Source: Eledone cirrhosa | Lineage: Eukaryota | Length of the DNA: 64,000 nucleotides | Direction of reading: 5' to 3' | Assembly: GCA_964016885.1 (NCBI GenBank) | Contig: OZ024741.1 | Location: forward strand, 254,386,001-254,450,000 | Part shown: one piece after another, positions 60,901 to 64,000 of the stretch | Numbering within the stretch: position 1 is the stretch's first letter | Layout of the letters: every line of letters starts with the position of its first letter | Notes under the pieces: model-generated | The model's input: the letters and a program-made list of their open reading frames with translations, nothing else | Told to the model about the DNA's origin: nothing | The model's database searches: none | Program-made: the position numbers and the translations under genes

Positions 60901-63900
60901 CACTGGCACTGACAGAGAAATCAGCAACAACAACAACACTGGCACTGACACAGAAAACAGCAACAACTACAACAACACTGGCACTGACAGAGAAAACAGC
61001 AACAACTACAACAACACTGGCACTGACACAGAAAACAGCAACAACAGCAACAACAACACTGGCACTGACACAGAAAACAGCAACAACAGCAACAACAACA
61101 CTGGCACTGACACAGAAAACAGCAACAACAACAACACTGGCACTGACAGAGTAAACAGCAACAACAACACTGGCACTGACAGAGAAAACAGCAACAACAA
61201 CAACACTGGCACTGACACAGAAAACAGCAACAACAACAGTGGCACTGACACAGAAAACAGCAACAACTACAACAACACTGGCACTGACAGAGAAAACAGC
61301 AACAACAACACTGGTACTGATACAGAAAACAGAAACAACTACAACAACACTGGCACTGACACAGAAAAGAGCAACAACTACAACAACACTGGCACTGACA
61401 CAGAAAACAGCAACAACTACAACATCACTGGCACTGACACAGAAAACAGCAACAACAACAACACTGGTACTGATAGAGAAGACAGCAACAACAACAACAC
61501 TGGCACTGACAGAGAAAACAGCAACAACAACAACACCGGCACTGACACAGAAAACAGCAACAACTACAACAACACTGGCACTGACACAGAAAACAGCAAC
61601 AACTACAACAACACTGGCACTGACACAGAAAACAGCAACAACTTCAACAACACTGGCACTGACAGAGAAAACAGCAACAACAACAACACTGGCACTGACA
61701 CAGAAAACAGCAACAACTACAACAACACTGGCACTGACAGAGAAAACAGCAACAACTACAACAACACTGGCACTGACAGAGAAAACAGCAACAACTACAA
61801 CAACACTGGCACTGACACAGAAAACAGCAACAACACTGGCACTGACAGAGAAAACAGCAACAACTACAACAACACTGGCACTGACAGAGAAAACAGCAAC
61901 AGCAACAACACTGGCACTGACACAGAAAACAGCAACAACAGCAACAACAACAACACTGGCACTGGCACAGAAAACAGCAACAACAACAGTGGCACTGACA
62001 CAGAAAACAGCAACAACTACAACAACACTGGCACTGACAGAGAAAACAGCAACAATAACAACACTGTCACTGGTACAGAAAACAGAAACAACTACAACAA
62101 CACTGGCACTGACAGAGAATGCAGCAACAACTACAACACTGGCACTGACAGAGAAAACAGCAACAACACTGGCACTGACACAGAAAACAGCAACAACTAC
62201 AACAACACTGGCACTGACACAGAAAACAGCAACAACTACAACAACACTGGCACTGACACAGAAAACAGCAACAACAGCAACAACCGTGGCACTGACACAG
62301 AAAACAGCAACAACAGCAACAATAACACTGGCACTGGCACAGAAAACAGCAACAGCAACACTGGAACTGACACAGAAAACAGCAACAGTAACAACAACTC
62401 TGGCACTGACACAGAAAACAGCAACAACAACAACACTGGCACTGACAGTGAAAATAGCAACAGCAACAACACTGGCACTGACAGTGAAAATAGCAACAGC
62501 AACAACACTGGCACTGACAGAGAAAACAGCAACAACAACAACACTGGCACTGACACAGAAAACAGCAACAACAACACTGGTACTGACAGAGAAAACAGCA
62601 ACAACTACAACACTGGCACTGACAGAGAAAGCAGCAACAACAACAACAACACTGGCACTGACAGAGAAAACAGCAACAACTACAACAACACTGGCACTGA
62701 CACAGAAAACAACAACAACTACAACAACACTGGCACTGACAGAGAAAACAGCAACAACTACAACAACACTGGCACTGACAGAGAAAACAGCAACAACAGC
62801 AACAACACTGGCACTGACACAGAAAACAGCAACAACTACAACAACACTGGCACTGGCAGAGAAAACAGCAACAACTACAACAACACTGGCACTGACAGAG
62901 AAAACAGCAACAACTACAACAACACTGGCACTGACACAGAAAACAGCAACAACTACAACAACACTGGCACTGACACAGAAAAAGCAACAACTTCAACAAC
63001 ACTGGCACTGACAGAGAAAACAGCAACAACAACAACACTGGCACTGACACAGAAAACAGCAACAACTACAACAACACTGGCACTGACAGAGAAAACAGCA
63101 ACAACTACAACAACACTGGCTCTGACAGAGAAAACAGCAACAACTACAACAACACTGGCACTGACACAGAAAACAGCAACAACTACAACAACACTGGCAC
63201 TGACACAGAAAACAGCAACAACAACAACAACACTGGCACTGACACAGAAAACAGCAACAACAACAACACTGGCACTGACACAGAAAACAGCAACAACAAC
63301 AACACTGGCACTGACACAGAAAACAGCAACAATTACAACAACACTGGCACTGACAGAGAAAACAGCAACAACTACAACACTGGCACTGACAGAGAAAACA
63401 GCAACAACAACAACACTGGCACTGACAGAGAAAACAGCAACAACTACAACAACACTGGCACTGACACAGAAAACAGCAACAACAACAACACTGGCACTGA
63501 CACAGAAAACAGCAACAGCAACAAAAACAACAACACTGGCACTGACAGAGAAAACAGCAACAACTACAACACTGGCACTGACAGAGAAAACACAACAACA
63601 ACAACAACACTGGCACTGACAGAGAAAACAGCAACAACTACAACAACACTGGCACTGACACAGAAAACAACAACAACTACAACAAAACTGGCACTGACAG
63701 AGAAAACAGCAACAACTACAACACTGGCACTGACTGAGAAAACAGCAACAACAACAACACTGGCACTGACAGAGAAAACAGCAACAACTACAACAACACT
63801 GGCACTGACACAGAAAACAGCAACAACTACAACAACACTGGCACTGACAGAGAAAACAGCAACAACAACAACACTGGCACTGACACAGAAAACAGCAACA

Positions 63901-64000
63901 ACTACAACAACACTGGCACTGACAGAGAAAACAGCAACAACTACAACAACACTGGCACTCACAGAGAAAACAGCAACAACTACAACAACACTGGCACTGA
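58000..64000 (+). repeat. More diverged ~3.2-3.3 kb duplication, also related to ~51.1-54 kb at offset ~7.0 kb
   Basis: Frameshift monomer 60391/63590, TGA 60539/63735, GAATGC ~51795/58798/62118, ACATCACTGG ~51246/58102/61422; ORF pairs 52165/59168 and 52794/59797 (offset 7003). Confidence 0.75.

Larger units (their letters stand above)
1..64000 (+). repeat. Giant head-to-tail satellite/minisatellite array; monomer ACTGGCACTGACA[C/G]AGAAAACAGCAACAAC(TAC)AACAAC, 30-48 bp (modal 36/39 bp), about 1,700 copies, running off both window ends
   Basis: Every line of the window consists of this monomer in the same orientation. Length varies almost only by whole triplets in the AAC tail. The 39-bp consensus contains 19 A, 12 C, 5 G and 3 T. 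Copy number is window length divided by ~37.5 bp, not an exact count. Confidence 0.99.

Noticed and set aside
827-63011. Long + strand Thr-rich ORFs (e.g. 827-3829, 3932-12364, 13689-18788, 21451-28890) as mucin, adhesin or antifreeze-type genes
   Set aside because: Pure monomer translation with no signal peptide, unique domain or anchor. Starts are point variants inside monomers (mostly GTG/TTG), and ends are stops or frameshifts repeated with duplicated blocks.
12351-63600. Programmed frameshifting or phase variation cycling through the reading frames
   Set aside because: The shifts are fixed DNA indels from about five events copied by duplication. No gene context, slippery-site structure or stimulatory hairpin is visible.
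1103-63962. Minus-strand poly-Cys (CQCQCCCC), poly-Val (SVSASVVVV) and poly-Leu (LLFSVSVPV) ORFs up to 3400 aa as metallothionein, keratin-associated or membrane proteins
   Set aside because: Shadows of the (GTT)n-rich reverse strand. They overlap each other in several frames and switch composition exactly at the frameshift monomers.
1-64000. CRISPR array (constant ~24-bp core with variable intervening sequence)
   Set aside because: The intervening parts are short AAC runs reused hundreds of times, not unique spacers. The core is not palindromic, and there is no leader or cas gene.
1-64000. TGA in every monomer (TGG-CAC-TGA frame) as selenocysteine/Trp recoding giving a poly-Gln protein
   Set aside because: No SECIS-like structure or evidence for an alternative genetic code; it is simply the third frame of the repeat.
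1-64000. Telomeric repeat, or an assignment as centromeric satellite
   Set aside because: No TTAGGG-type G-run motif and the unit is long and length-variable. Centromeric function cannot be read from sequence alone.
1-64000. Whole window as a sequencing artefact or synthetic sequence
   Set aside because: Hierarchically shared variants, nested duplications with small differences and positional turnover look like real array evolution. Mis-assembly of individual near-identical blocks remains possible.
1-64000. Embedded tRNA, rRNA, transposon, promoter, terminator or unique island
   Set aside because: No interruption of the monomer pattern was found on reading through, and the ORF track contains no non-repeat peptide.

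Overview
The whole 64 kb window is one uninterrupted, head-to-tail tandem array of a 30-48 bp monomer (mostly 36/39 bp; roughly 1,700 copies, estimated from length). The consensus is ACTGGCACTGACA[C/G]AGAAAACAGCAACAAC(TAC)AACAAC: a near-constant ~24-bp core plus a variable (AAC/TAC/AGC)n tail. There is no unique sequence, inversion, recognisable gene, RNA gene or mobile element, and neither array end is visible. The source organism cannot be determined; size and architecture fit a eukaryotic satellite/minisatellite best (inference). All ORFs in the track are translations of the monomer. Both + frames that are open in the consensus (LALT[Q/E]KTATTTTT and TGTD[T/R]ENSNN[Y]NN) carry stops, and I found 15 one-base frameshifts; many of these lesions were copied along with larger blocks, which argues against one intact giant gene. 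The real structure is higher-order: rare monomer variants reveal nested duplications with offsets of about 1.4, 1.45, 1.9-2.0, 3.1-3.3, 6.4 and 9.6-11.6 kb, dispersed multi-monomer modules, and a left-to-right turnover of variants. I see no evidence of a new gene system. Block boundaries were placed by eye and are approximate.
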